DNA of 64,000 nt from Sphaerochaeta sp. GTDB taxonomy: Bacteria > Spirochaetota > Spirochaetia > Sphaerochaetales > Sphaerochaetaceae. This document shows positions 27,744 to 37,193 of the stretch, piece by piece; within the stretch, counting starts at the first letter, position 1, and the number at the start of each line of letters is the position of its first letter. The position numbers and the translations under genes are program-made. The DNA is taken from contig JAVERP010000019.1 in assembly GCA_034007055.1 (NCBI GenBank), forward strand, positions 398 through 64,397, written 5' to 3'. The notes under the pieces were generated by a model that had not been told where the DNA came from, did no database searches, and worked only from the letters and a program-made list of their open reading frames with translations.

Positions 27744-28106
27744 ATGGACAGCAAGAAGGCACAGCAGGTTCTCGACGAATGTCTCCAGAAACACCAAGAG
27801 CTTGCCGGGCAGCTAAAAGATGTGGGATTCGTATGGCCAGGTTCGGTCATCAAGCGCTACCTGACCTGTGGTAAGCCCAACTGCGCCTGTCACAAGGACC
27901 CTGCCTCACGACATGGTCCCTATCTGTATTGGAGCACTAAAGTCAATGGCAAGACAGTCTCAAAGGCTATCTCAGGAACCGATGCCAAGATTATGCAGGA
28001 ATGGGTCGCCAACCGCACTTCGCTTGAATCGATCGTCACCCAGATGAAGGACGTTGCTCAACAAGCAATCGAAGCTGCATCCTTTCTCCTAGAGGAAGAA
28101 GACTGA
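27744..28106 (+). CDS. DUF6788-like zinc-ribbon protein (paralogue A)
   Basis: 120 aa. Core GFVWPGSVIKRYLTCGKPNCACHKDPASRHGPYLYWSTKVNGKTVSK. Clear paralogue of 59707..60051. Confidence 0.7.
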   Translation: MDSKKAQQVLDECLQKHQELAGQLKDVGFVWPGSVIKRYLTCGKPNCACHKDPASRHGPYLYWSTKVNGKTVSKAISGTDAKIMQEWVANRTSLESIVTQMKDVAQQAIEAASFLLEEED

Positions 28107-28117
28107 GCACTTGTGCT

Positions 28118-29299
28118 CTATGCAAATAACCCTTGTATGTCCTTGAGAGGGTATATGGAGTAACCGTCTAATGTCGTCCTGATCGTACCGGCATGGATAA
28201 GTCCTCCTGCATCTGAATGAGAGAGGTTCTTGCCTTGTTCTTTTCCAAACTGAACAAGATTCCTGAGTTGATCCTTGTCATACCTGTCCGAGCTTTTTAT
28301 CTCGTACGGGATGAGTTGCCTGTTTTTTTCAAAGATGAGGTCTATCTCTAGCCCGTATTTGTTCCGGAAGAAATAGAGGTGGTGGGGCAATGCCTCATTG
28401 TTACGTTGTTTCACCGCTTCTATGACGCAGTAGTTCTCGAAGATGGATCCACGTAGGGGGTCGCGAAGCATTTGGTCTGGTGTGATGATATCAAGAAGCG
28501 AACTGACGATCCCTGTATCACAGAAATAGATTTTCGAAGTTTTTACCAGTGTACCATCCCGATTCGAATGCCATGGCTGCAGGAGATAGATGATGTATGA
28601 TGCCTGAAGGATGGAGAGCCATCGGTCAACTGTAGCTCGTGCCACACCAAGGTCGTTGGATAGAGCTGATACATTGAGCAGGTTTCCAACTCTGCCAGCG
28701 AGTAGCTTCAAGAAGGTATAGAAGAGACCTTCATCCTGAATTGATGTGATTTGTTTGACGTCCTTTTGGATATAGGTACTGATGTAGTTTTGGTAATAGT
28801 GATGCCAAGAAGAAATATCGGTCGAAAACAGTTTCGGGTAACAGCCTTGTAGGAGCAAGGTGTCCCTGTCTGTTTCTACATTTCCCGCACGTGCCATCTC
28901 CTCAAGGGATAGTGGTAAAACTTGGAAAATCGCAGCCCTGCCTGCAAGGGACTGTGCAATATGTCCCTTGATATGAATTTCTTGACTTCCCGTAACAATA
29001 AACTGCTTGGCTTTCTGTCCCGACTCATCTGTAAGGACTTGGATCTTACTCAGGAGATCAGGTACTCTTTGTATCTCATCTATGATGACAGGTGGTTTGT
29101 ACATTTTGAAGAACTCGTCAACAGATTCTTTTGCTAGCTGGTATGATTTTGCTTCCTCTAGGTTGACATATGCATAGTCTGGATACAGATGCCGAACGAG
29201 AGAGGTCTTCCCTGATTGTCTTGGCCCTATGACTGTGATAACCGGATAGTCATTTTCTAGCTTTTTTATGATTTTTTCGATGGTTCGCTGAATATACAT
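28118..29299 (-). CDS. AAA-type ATPase with DUF4143 domain
   Basis: 393 aa from ATG 29299 (SD GGAGAG 6 nt upstream; the track starts at GTG 29302). Walker A GPRQSGKTS. Overall pattern matches the AAA_14 + DUF4143 ATPases as I recall them. Confidence 0.8.
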   Translation of the reverse strand: MYIQRTIEKIIKKLENDYPVITVIGPRQSGKTSLVRHLYPDYAYVNLEEAKSYQLAKESVDEFFKMYKPPVIIDEIQRVPDLLSKIQVLTDESGQKAKQFIVTGSQEIHIKGHIAQSLAGRAAIFQVLPLSLEEMARAGNVETDRDTLLLQGCYPKLFSTDISSWHHYYQNYISTYIQKDVKQITSIQDEGLFYTFLKLLAGRVGNLLNVSALSNDLGVARATVDRWLSILQASYIIYLLQPWHSNRDGTLVKTSKIYFCDTGIVSSLLDIITPDQMLRDPLRGSIFENYCVIEAVKQRNNEALPHHLYFFRNKYGLEIDLIFEKNRQLIPYEIKSSDRYDKDQLRNLVQFGKEQGKNLSHSDAGGLIHAGTIRTTLDGYSIYPLKDIQGLFA

Positions 29300-29332
29300 C
29301 ACAAGCTCTCCTCGTATCTATAATATACTATT

Positions 29333-29372
29333 TTCTGGGAGATTGCAACATTGATATAGCAATCTCCCAGAA
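29333..29372. promoter_or_regulatory. Perfect 14-bp inverted repeat between fic and the ATPase gene, overlapping a putative promoter
   Basis: TTCTGGGAGATTGC-12 nt-GCAATCTCCCAGAA. On the minus strand, TTGCAA inside the repeat is followed after ~17 nt by TATTAT and then the ATPase SD. Confidence 0.4.
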
Positions 29373-29412
29373 ATGAGAAGGATGTATTGGCTCCTAGAAT
29401 ATGCAAACTCAC

Positions 29413-30561
29413 TCAAGAAAGTTTCTCGTTATCTCCATCCAATGCTTGCAACACCTCATCGAAATCAAGGGCAAGGTCATAGGAGGTGCTTCTTCCTCCT
29501 GAGGAAGAACGGACCAACAGACCTCGCTCCACAAGGGCATTGATATCCCGACCTGCACTATCAACAGAACATTTGGTCATTTTAGCCCATTTGGAGGTGG
29601 TGAGCTTCCCGTAGAGGCTGCCCTCTACCAGCTTTACCAGCATTGCTATCTGGCGAGCATTGAACTGTGCTGGATTCAGAAGGTGAACTGTGCGGCTGAT
29701 TGTACTAGTCATAGTGATGGAGTCTGCCCACTCTTCCATAGCCCGACCTACCATCTCCACATACCAGATCACCCACTCTGTCACATCCATGCTTATGTTC
29801 TGGGTGGATACCGTTGCCAACTTCTCATAGTAGGTGGCCCGTTCGGTCATGATTTGGGAAGAAACGCTGTAGCAGTGGTTGGAAATGTCATGATCAAATG
29901 CAAGGATATACTCGGACAAAGTTCTGGAGAGCCTTCCGTTGCCATCAGAAAATGGGTGGATGCAAACAAACCACAGGTGAGCAAGGGCACTTTGAACCAC
30001 TCGTTCATTCTCATTGTTCCCCACTTGTATCCAATCAAAGAGCTTGGACATTTCTTCTTCAACCCTTTGGTGGGGAACTCCTTCATACACGATGCGCTCC
30101 CTTCCTACAGTTCTGCCACTGAGCAGATAGACAGGACCAACTCTATAGTGCCCAACTTGAGGTGGTCTTGCATTCGGGGAAACTCCAACGAAGAGACTTT
30201 CATGCCAAGAGAGAATCCTTTCCATTTCCATAGGTCGTTTATCTTGCACGGCATCGAAGAGTATCGCAACAGCATGATCTTCACGGTCCCCCATTTTCTT
30301 AGGTACATCAGGGCTTCCAAGCCTTCGTGTTACAGAGGCCCGTACCAGAGCAACATCAAGATGTTCTCCTTCTATCTCACTATTCTTGAGTGTTTCCAAG
30401 GCAAGCACCTGAGAGACTACCTGCATTCGTGCATCATCGTCCAAAAGACCTATAGCACTATCGAGAGAGCCTTGTGCGTAGTGCAGTTTTAGCAGGGCAG
30501 GAATGATTGCTTCCCTGGTATGGACAAAATGAGGCCACCCTTGATGGTTCCAGATATACAT
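29413..30561 (-). CDS. Fic-family protein (Fic/DOC domain with DUF4172-like N-terminus)
   Basis: 382 aa. Canonical Fic motif HPFSDGNGRLSR. SD GAGGAGG upstream of ATG 30561. Confidence 0.9.
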   Translation of the reverse strand: MYIWNHQGWPHFVHTREAIIPALLKLHYAQGSLDSAIGLLDDDARMQVVSQVLALETLKNSEIEGEHLDVALVRASVTRRLGSPDVPKKMGDREDHAVAILFDAVQDKRPMEMERILSWHESLFVGVSPNARPPQVGHYRVGPVYLLSGRTVGRERIVYEGVPHQRVEEEMSKLFDWIQVGNNENERVVQSALAHLWFVCIHPFSDGNGRLSRTLSEYILAFDHDISNHCYSVSSQIMTERATYYEKLATVSTQNISMDVTEWVIWYVEMVGRAMEEWADSITMTSTISRTVHLLNPAQFNARQIAMLVKLVEGSLYGKLTTSKWAKMTKCSVDSAGRDINALVERGLLVRSSSGGRSTSYDLALDFDEVLQALDGDNEKLS

Positions 30562-30644
30562 GGGTTGTTCCTCCTCAGGGTTTTATGCGGAGAATAGGCT
30601 TCTAGTATATCCTTACTCTGCAATACTACAAGAAAATCAGCATG

Positions 30645-30674
30645 AAAAAGGATCTGGTTGCCCAGATCCTTTTT
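30645..30674 (-). terminator. Rho-independent terminator of aspS
   Basis: AAAAAGGATCTGG-ttgc-CCAGATCCTTTTT: a 9-bp stem flanked by A and T runs (bidirectional shape), 21 nt after the aspS stop. Confidence 0.75.
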
Positions 30675-30694
30675 GCTTACCCAATTGAATTATT

Positions 30695-32491
30695 TCATTC
30701 CTTGGGTTTCGGATAGTCAATGATCAGGTGCAGGTCATCCAGCTGTTCCTTATCGAGGAACGAAGGGGAGTCATCCATCGGACTGATACCCGCTGTATTC
30801 TTCGGGAAGGCGATCACCTCATGAATTGAGGTCTCGTCACTCATGATCATGACCATCCTGTCGATGCCGGGGGCGATGCCGCCATGGGGGGGAGGCCCGT
30901 ACCTGAAGGCATTGAGCAGGAAGCCGAAACGCTCTTCAGCTGTCTCGTCATCAAAATTACAGATGCGGAAGATACGCTTCTGCAGCTCGACATCATGGAT
31001 ACGGATCGAGCCGCTGGCTACCTCATAGCCATTGAGCACCAGGTCGTAGAGGTCTCCCTTCACGCTGCCGGGATCTGATTCCAAGGTATCGAGGTACTGG
31101 GCTTGGGGCATGCTGAACATATGGTGCGCTGCCTCCCAGTGCTTGCCTGTCTCGTTGTATTCAAAGAGGGGGAAGTCGATGATCCAGCAGAATTCAAAGC
31201 TCTTTCGGATCAGGTTGAGCTCCTTGCCCAGCTTCGAACGTACGGCACTGAGGCTAGCGCAGCAACGCTTCCAGTTCTCATGGGCAACAAAGAGGATGAG
31301 GTCCCCTTCCTTTGCCTCCATTTTGGCGATGAGCTCCTCTTCCAATCCTGAGAAGAACTTGCTCACCCCTCCGCTGATCGTCTCATTTGCCCCAACCTTG
31401 ATCCATGCAAGGCCCTTGGCCCCGTAGATCTTTGCAGCATCCTCAAGTTCGGTGATGAACTTGCGGCTGAACTCCACCCCTTCAGTCTTGGGTGCGCACA
31501 GGGCCTTCACAAACCCGCCTCCAGCGATGATATCCTTGAAGGTTGCAAAGCTGCTCTTCGCCGCCAGCTCGTTCATGTCGGAGAGGGGAAGGTCAAAGCG
31601 TAGGTCCGGCTTGTCATTGCCATAGGTGTTCAAGCTGTCTTCATAGGTGAGCCTTCTGAAGGTGACGGGAAGCTCGACATCCATGACCTCCTTGAACACG
31701 TGGCCGAACAGCCCTTCCATAAGGGAGAGCACATCGTCACGCCTTACAAAGCTCATCTCAAGGTCGAGCTGGGTAAACTCCAGCTGCCGGTCCCCACGGG
31801 AGTCCTCGTCGCGATAACAGCGGGCGATCTGGAAGTACTTGTCAAAGCCGCCGACCATCAGGATCTGCTTGAAAAGCTGTGGGCTCTGGGGCAGGGCGTA
31901 GAACTTGCCGGGATAGAGACGGGAGGGGACTACAAAGTCACGTGCTCCCTCTGGGGTGCTCTTGATCAGGGTTGGGGTCTCTATCTCATAGAAGTCCAGT
32001 CCGGCGAGATACTTCCTGATGGAGAAGATGAACTCATGGCGGAGCTTCAGGCGCTTTTGCATCCCTTGGCTGCGCAGGTCGAGGTAGCGGTACTTGAGGC
32101 GCAGGTCCTCCCGTGTCTCCAGGCCATCATCAAGCTGGAAGGGAAGGGGCGCACAGCGTGAGAGGATCTCAATCTTCTCCGCCTTGACCTCAATCTCCCC
32201 GGTCGCCATATCGGCATTGACCATGGAGTCGGGTCTGAGCCTGACTGTCCCGATCACCGCAATGCAGAACTCCATCCTCAGCTCGTTGGCAGTGCCCTGC
32301 AACTCAGGCGATGCATCGTCATCGACCACAACCTGGGTGATGCCATAGCGGTCACGGAGGTTTATGAAGTGGAGAGATCCATGGTTACGGCTGCGGTGGA
32401 CCCAACCGTTGAGGACTACCTTTTTGGTGTCATCTGCCTTGATCAGTGAGCCGCACGTCGCTGTTCGTTGTGAAAATAGTTCTTCTGCCAT
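30695..32491 (-). CDS. aspS: Aspartate--tRNA ligase
   Basis: 598 aa. N-terminal OB-fold block GWVHRSRNHGSLHFINLRDRYG, class II motifs and the GGIAPGIDR C-terminal motif. Confidence 0.95.
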   Translation of the reverse strand: MAEELFSQRTATCGSLIKADDTKKVVLNGWVHRSRNHGSLHFINLRDRYGITQVVVDDDASPELQGTANELRMEFCIAVIGTVRLRPDSMVNADMATGEIEVKAEKIEILSRCAPLPFQLDDGLETREDLRLKYRYLDLRSQGMQKRLKLRHEFIFSIRKYLAGLDFYEIETPTLIKSTPEGARDFVVPSRLYPGKFYALPQSPQLFKQILMVGGFDKYFQIARCYRDEDSRGDRQLEFTQLDLEMSFVRRDDVLSLMEGLFGHVFKEVMDVELPVTFRRLTYEDSLNTYGNDKPDLRFDLPLSDMNELAAKSSFATFKDIIAGGGFVKALCAPKTEGVEFSRKFITELEDAAKIYGAKGLAWIKVGANETISGGVSKFFSGLEEELIAKMEAKEGDLILFVAHENWKRCCASLSAVRSKLGKELNLIRKSFEFCWIIDFPLFEYNETGKHWEAAHHMFSMPQAQYLDTLESDPGSVKGDLYDLVLNGYEVASGSIRIHDVELQKRIFRICNFDDETAEERFGFLLNAFRYGPPPHGGIAPGIDRMVMIMSDETSIHEVIAFPKNTAGISPMDDSPSFLDKEQLDDLHLIIDYPKPKE

Positions 32492-32557
32492 ACCGGTCCC
32501 CTCTCTTTGAAAAGTACTCCTATCCTACAGCATGGATGGCAAAATGACAATTGCCCG

Positions 32558-35500
32558 CTACTGGGGGAGTTCCCTCGCCATAACCCTTTTTTTCTGTAGG
32601 AACCCGATGGCATCGACAGCTGCAATGGCGGCACTGGTTGTTGTGGTATAGGGTATTTTCAGCCTCATTGCCACACTTCTTATCTCATCATCACCCCTAT
32701 GGGCCAGGTATCCCATCGGGGTGTTTATCACCAGGGCTATGGACTTTTCCTTGAGGTAGTCGGTGAGGTTGGGTCGTCCTTCATGCACCTTCTGCACCAC
32801 TTCACACAGGATGCCCTCATCAAACAGGAAACGGGCAGTGCCTTTGGTCGCGGCTATCTGGAAGCCAAGGGCCTTGAGGCTCTTCACAACAGGAAGGATG
32901 GTGGTGCGGTCCCGCTTGTTAACACTCACCACCACCTTGCCTGAGAGGGGTAGGTTGTTCCCTGCACTGATCTGGCTTTTGGCAAAGGCTTCTCCGAAGC
33001 TCTTTCCCAAACCAATGGACTCCCCGGTCGAACGCATCTCAGGACCTAGGGCAGGGTCGACATTGCTGAAGCGGTCAAAGGAGAATACCGCCTCCTTCAC
33101 CGCCCATCCAAGCAGGCACTTGCCCTCTCCTATGCCTCCTTTTTTGCTTACCAACTTTTGCTCTACCAGATCCTCTTTTTCCCACACTCTGACCGCAACT
33201 TCTACAAGGTTCACCCCAGAGGCCTTGGATATGAACGGCACGGTCCTGGAAGCCCTTGGGTTGACTTCAATAAGGTAGAGCAGGCCATCCTTTACTGCAA
33301 ACTGGATGTTCATCAACCCTTGCACCCCAAGGGCAAGGGCTAGTTTATGTGCCCATTCATTCATCTCTTTCAGCAGTGTGGGATTGGACTTGTAGGGAGG
33401 AAACACAGCTGCAGAGTCGCCGCTATGGATTCCAGCAGCCTCAATATGCTGCAGGATGCCCCCGATATAGATGCTCTCTCCATCGCAGACGGCGTCAAGG
33501 TCATACTCAAAGGCATCCTCCAGGAACTGGTCCAGCAGGATGGGAGCCTCTTTGCTTGCATAGATGGCCTTCTTCTCTATGAGGTCCTCTATTCCCTTCC
33601 TGTCAAAGATGATGAACATCCCTCTTCCTCCCAGCACATGGGAAGGGCGGATTAGCACAGGGTATCCTACCTCCTCTGCTAGGGGGATGAGTTGTTCCTG
33701 GGCATATGCACTCCTGTTCTTTGGCTGACGCAGGCCCAACTCTGTTACAAGGGCGGAGAACTGGCCCCTATCCCCTGCTTTTTCCAATCCCTCCAAGGAG
33801 GTCCCCACAAGCTTGGCTCCACTTTTCTTGAGCTTGCCTGCAATGTTCAGAGGGGTCTGGCCCCCCAGCTGTACGACAATGGTATGGGTGCGTTCGCGTA
33901 ACAAGATCTCCTTGACCTCCTCTGAACCCAGAGCTTCAATATAGAGGCGGTCACTGATGTTGAAGTCGGTGGAGACGGTCTCGGGGTTGCTGTTGACCAT
34001 GATGGTCTTCTTTCCTAGCTTTCTGTAGGCAAGGGAGGCTAGCGTACAGCAGGTATCGAACTCCAGGCCCTGGCCTATCCTGTTGGGCCCGCTTGCCAGG
34101 ATGACCACAGCATCCTCCCCTAGAGGGCGAGCCTCATCTGTCTCGCCATAGGTCGTATAGAGGTAGGGCGTGATGGCCTGGAACTCCCCTGCACAGGTAT
34201 CGACATGGTGGGTGACGCTGTGCATCTCGTATGCATAGCGAAGCCGCTCTATGGAGCTCTCTTCTGTCCTGAGGAGGGTGGCGATCCTCCTGTCACTCAT
34301 GCCTGCCATCTTCGCCTCCAGCAGAAGGTCCCTGTCCAGGCCCGCCATGATGCGCCTGTCCAGTCTGGACTGCTCCACCAAAAGATGGACAAACCAGGGA
34401 TCGAAGCCAGTGAGGGAAGAGACTTCTGAAGCAAGGGCCTCTCCTTCTCTGCACAGGGTGGTATAGGCTGCAAGAAGGCGTAGGGGGTGTGCGCTTCTGA
34501 GTAGCACATCGACTTCAGAGGCGCTATAGAGATCATTCTCGGTGAGGTCTACGAGGCCTTCAAGCTTCTGTTCAGAGGAGCGAATAGCCTTGTTTAAGGC
34601 CTCAAGGGCTGTCCTGCCCAGGGCTAGGACCTCGCCTACACTGCGCATCTGCGTACCCAGGGCAGAGGGGGGAAGAGGGAATTTTTCCAATTCAAAGCGT
34701 GGCACCTTCACCGCACAGTAGTCCAACGCCGGTTCAAAGCACGATACCGAAGAGCCTGTTATCTCATTGATGATCTCATCGAGGGTATAGCCCACTGCAA
34801 GCTTTGCTGAGCATCGTGCGATGGGGAATCCTGTTGCCTTGCTGGCAAGGGCTGAAGATCGTGAAACCCTTGGGTTCATCTCGATGACGACCGTTTTGCC
34901 ACTTTTGGGATCGACAGCAAATTGGACGTTGCTGCCTCCACACTCAACACCCACCGCACGAAGAATCGCGATGGAGGCATCACGCATCGCTTGGTACTGG
35001 CCCTCATCGAGAGTCTGGATAGGGGCTATGGTTATGCTGTCCCCCGTATGGACTCCCATGGGGTCGATGTTCTCGATCGAGCATACGATGATGGCATTGT
35101 CCCCCTTATCGCGCATCACCTCCATCTCAAACTCCTTCCATCCGATGAGGGACTCCTCTATGAGGGCCTCATGGGAGGGGCTTGTCTCCAAGGCATGTTC
35201 CAAAAGCTGGGGAAGCTCATCATGGGTGTATGCTATCGATCCCCCCATACCTCCCAAGGTATAGGAGGGGCGGATGATAAGCGGCAGGCCCATACTTGCC
35301 TCTAGAGCTAGGCCCTCTTCCAGGGTGTGGATGACGGTGCTCTTGGCACTCTCTAGTCCTAGGCTTTCAACGATTTTCTTGAAGGCTCCCCTATCTTCTG
35401 CCAGTATAATGGAAGCAATGGAGGCTCCTATGACCTCCACACCGTACTGCTTGAGCAGGCCTAGCCTGTCAAGTTCCAAGGTGAGGTTCAAGGCTGTCTG

Positions 35501-35776
35501 TCCTCCCATGGTGGAGAGGATGGCATCAGGTTGCTCGCGCTGGAATATCTGCTCGATATACTCCGGCCTCAAGGGATCCATATAGATATGGTCAGCGATG
35601 CCGGGCGTAGTCATCACGGTTGCAGGATTGGGGTTGACCAGGGTGACTTCGTAGCCCTCTTCCTTGAGGGCCTTCACCGCCTGGGTCCCGCTATAGTCAA
35701 ACTCACAAGCTTGGCCGATGACTATCGGCCCGCTTCCCACTACGAGGATTCTTTTGATGTCTGTTCGTGCGCTCAT
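32558..35776 (-). CDS. carB: Carbamoyl-phosphate synthase large subunit
   Basis: 1072 aa. Duplicated ATP-grasp halves (ILVVGSGPIVIGQACEFDYSG and VVILASGPNRIGQGLEFD) and an MGS-like C-terminus. Overlaps carA by 4 nt. Confidence 0.97.
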   Translation of the reverse strand: MSARTDIKRILVVGSGPIVIGQACEFDYSGTQAVKALKEEGYEVTLVNPNPATVMTTPGIADHIYMDPLRPEYIEQIFQREQPDAILSTMGGQTALNLTLELDRLGLLKQYGVEVIGASIASIILAEDRGAFKKIVESLGLESAKSTVIHTLEEGLALEASMGLPLIIRPSYTLGGMGGSIAYTHDELPQLLEHALETSPSHEALIEESLIGWKEFEMEVMRDKGDNAIIVCSIENIDPMGVHTGDSITIAPIQTLDEGQYQAMRDASIAILRAVGVECGGSNVQFAVDPKSGKTVVIEMNPRVSRSSALASKATGFPIARCSAKLAVGYTLDEIINEITGSSVSCFEPALDYCAVKVPRFELEKFPLPPSALGTQMRSVGEVLALGRTALEALNKAIRSSEQKLEGLVDLTENDLYSASEVDVLLRSAHPLRLLAAYTTLCREGEALASEVSSLTGFDPWFVHLLVEQSRLDRRIMAGLDRDLLLEAKMAGMSDRRIATLLRTEESSIERLRYAYEMHSVTHHVDTCAGEFQAITPYLYTTYGETDEARPLGEDAVVILASGPNRIGQGLEFDTCCTLASLAYRKLGKKTIMVNSNPETVSTDFNISDRLYIEALGSEEVKEILLRERTHTIVVQLGGQTPLNIAGKLKKSGAKLVGTSLEGLEKAGDRGQFSALVTELGLRQPKNRSAYAQEQLIPLAEEVGYPVLIRPSHVLGGRGMFIIFDRKGIEDLIEKKAIYASKEAPILLDQFLEDAFEYDLDAVCDGESIYIGGILQHIEAAGIHSGDSAAVFPPYKSNPTLLKEMNEWAHKLALALGVQGLMNIQFAVKDGLLYLIEVNPRASRTVPFISKASGVNLVEVAVRVWEKEDLVEQKLVSKKGGIGEGKCLLGWAVKEAVFSFDRFSNVDPALGPEMRSTGESIGLGKSFGEAFAKSQISAGNNLPLSGKVVVSVNKRDRTTILPVVKSLKALGFQIAATKGTARFLFDEGILCEVVQKVHEGRPNLTDYLKEKSIALVINTPMGYLAHRGDDEIRSVAMRLKIPYTTTTSAAIAAVDAIGFLQKKRVMARELPQ

Positions 35777-36930
35777 GCTTTTTCTCCCTGTGCAAGACTG
35801 ATGAACCTATCGAATATCCACTCTCCATCATGGGGACCTGGAGATGCTTCGGGGTGAAACTGGACTGAGGCTATGGGTTTCTCCGTATGCCAAAGTCCTT
35901 CTATCGATTGGTCGTTTGCGTTGATGAACCAGGGCATAACACAAGAGGGTAAGGATGTAGCCTCACTCATATAGCCGTGGTTCTGGCTGGTTACAAAGGT
36001 CCTACCTGTGAAGAAATCCCTGACAGGGTGGTTCGACCCATGATGGCCGTACTTCATCTTGGTCGTCGTTCCCCCCAAGGCAAGGGTGAGTATCTGGTGC
36101 CCGAGGCAGATGCCGACTGTAGGCAGGACCTCCATCACAGACTTGGTCATGGCCACTGCCTCTGGCAGCCTCATGGGATCCCCCGGTCCATTGGAGAGAA
36201 AGAGTGCGTCACAGTCCTGGCTCAGGACCTCTATCGAGGTTGAGGTGCTTGGTAGCAGCGTGACTGCAACATTGCGCTTGTACAGCTCTGCTATGATGGA
36301 GCTTTTTATCCCGAAGTCCACCAGCGCGAAGCGGAGGATGGGGGAGGTGGGGGTGGGCACCGATGAAGGAGGATCGACAATAGGTGCTTTGACCGACACC
36401 CCTTCGATGAGGTTGCGCTCTGAGATGGAGGGTAGGGAGCGTAGGGTTGCCAAGGCCGTTCTCTTCTCCGATGCAGAAAGACTGGCATGCGCGCTTCGAA
36501 ACAACAGGGCATTGCAGGACCCTATGGAGCGAAGATGCAGTGTCAGGGCCCTGGTATCGACACCCTGAACTCCACAGACTCCTGCTTCCTGCATGAAGGC
36601 ATCTAAAGAGACCCTCTCCAAGGGAAGAGGGCCTGCATATAAGGAATGGATGATAAGTGCTGTTGCAGGAACTGCAATTGGGCAGTGCGTGCTCTCAGAG
36701 AAGAGAGGCTCACACCCATAGTTTCCTATGTGCGGGCTTGTCATCACCACCATCTGCCCATGGTATGAGGGGTCGGTGATGATCTGCTGGTAGCCACACA
36801 TGCTGGTGTTGAATACCACCTCCCCAAAAAGGAGCTCGGGACCCCGCTCTGTAAGGAGGGGGGCACTCTTGCCGAACCCCTTGCCGGTGAAGGTTGTTCC
36901 ATCTTCAAGGATGAGAAAGGTTGTTTCCAT
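35773..36930 (-). CDS. carA: Carbamoyl-phosphate synthase small (glutamine amidotransferase) subunit
   Basis: 385 aa from ATG 36930 (SD AAGGAAG). Triad motif GICLGHQ and the HGSNHPV block. The track ORF starts 13 codons earlier. Confidence 0.93.
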   Translation of the reverse strand: METTFLILEDGTTFTGKGFGKSAPLLTERGPELLFGEVVFNTSMCGYQQIITDPSYHGQMVVMTSPHIGNYGCEPLFSESTHCPIAVPATALIIHSLYAGPLPLERVSLDAFMQEAGVCGVQGVDTRALTLHLRSIGSCNALLFRSAHASLSASEKRTALATLRSLPSISERNLIEGVSVKAPIVDPPSSVPTPTSPILRFALVDFGIKSSIIAELYKRNVAVTLLPSTSTSIEVLSQDCDALFLSNGPGDPMRLPEAVAMTKSVMEVLPTVGICLGHQILTLALGGTTTKMKYGHHGSNHPVRDFFTGRTFVTSQNHGYMSEATSLPSCVMPWFINANDQSIEGLWHTEKPIASVQFHPEASPGPHDGEWIFDRFISLAQGEKA

Positions 36931-36982
36931 TGTTGCTTCCTTAGTCCAAATTGTTGGGAGGATATTCAATTATTGGCATTTA

Positions 36983-37061
36983 TGCAACATAAATATGCAA
37001 TAAAACAGCAGATAAATGAATAAATATACAAAATGCAACAAAAATAGAATATATTGCAACA
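36983..37061. repeat. Four direct copies of TGCAA(C/T)A in the AT-rich carA upstream region
   Basis: TGCAACA at 36983, TGCAATA at 36996, TGCAACA at 37034, TGCAACA at 37055, each embedded in A/T-rich context. On the carA strand they read TTTTGTTGCA(A/T). Confidence 0.5.
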
Positions 37062-37193
37062 AAAGAAGCAGTAAAGTGAAGTGGTACCTATTGCTTAAGT
37101 TTACCCTTTTCATAAGGAATACTCCTGTTAAATATTATAGAACTTGAAGCATTCTGTATAGAAACACCTCTTAATTGCAGAGGAGGATGAATT

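Noticed and set aside
36974-36990. TGGCATTTATGCAAC near carA, which looks sigma-54-like at first glance.
   Set aside because: The GC element is three nucleotides too close to the GG element. It is better explained as part of the TGCAAC repeat array.
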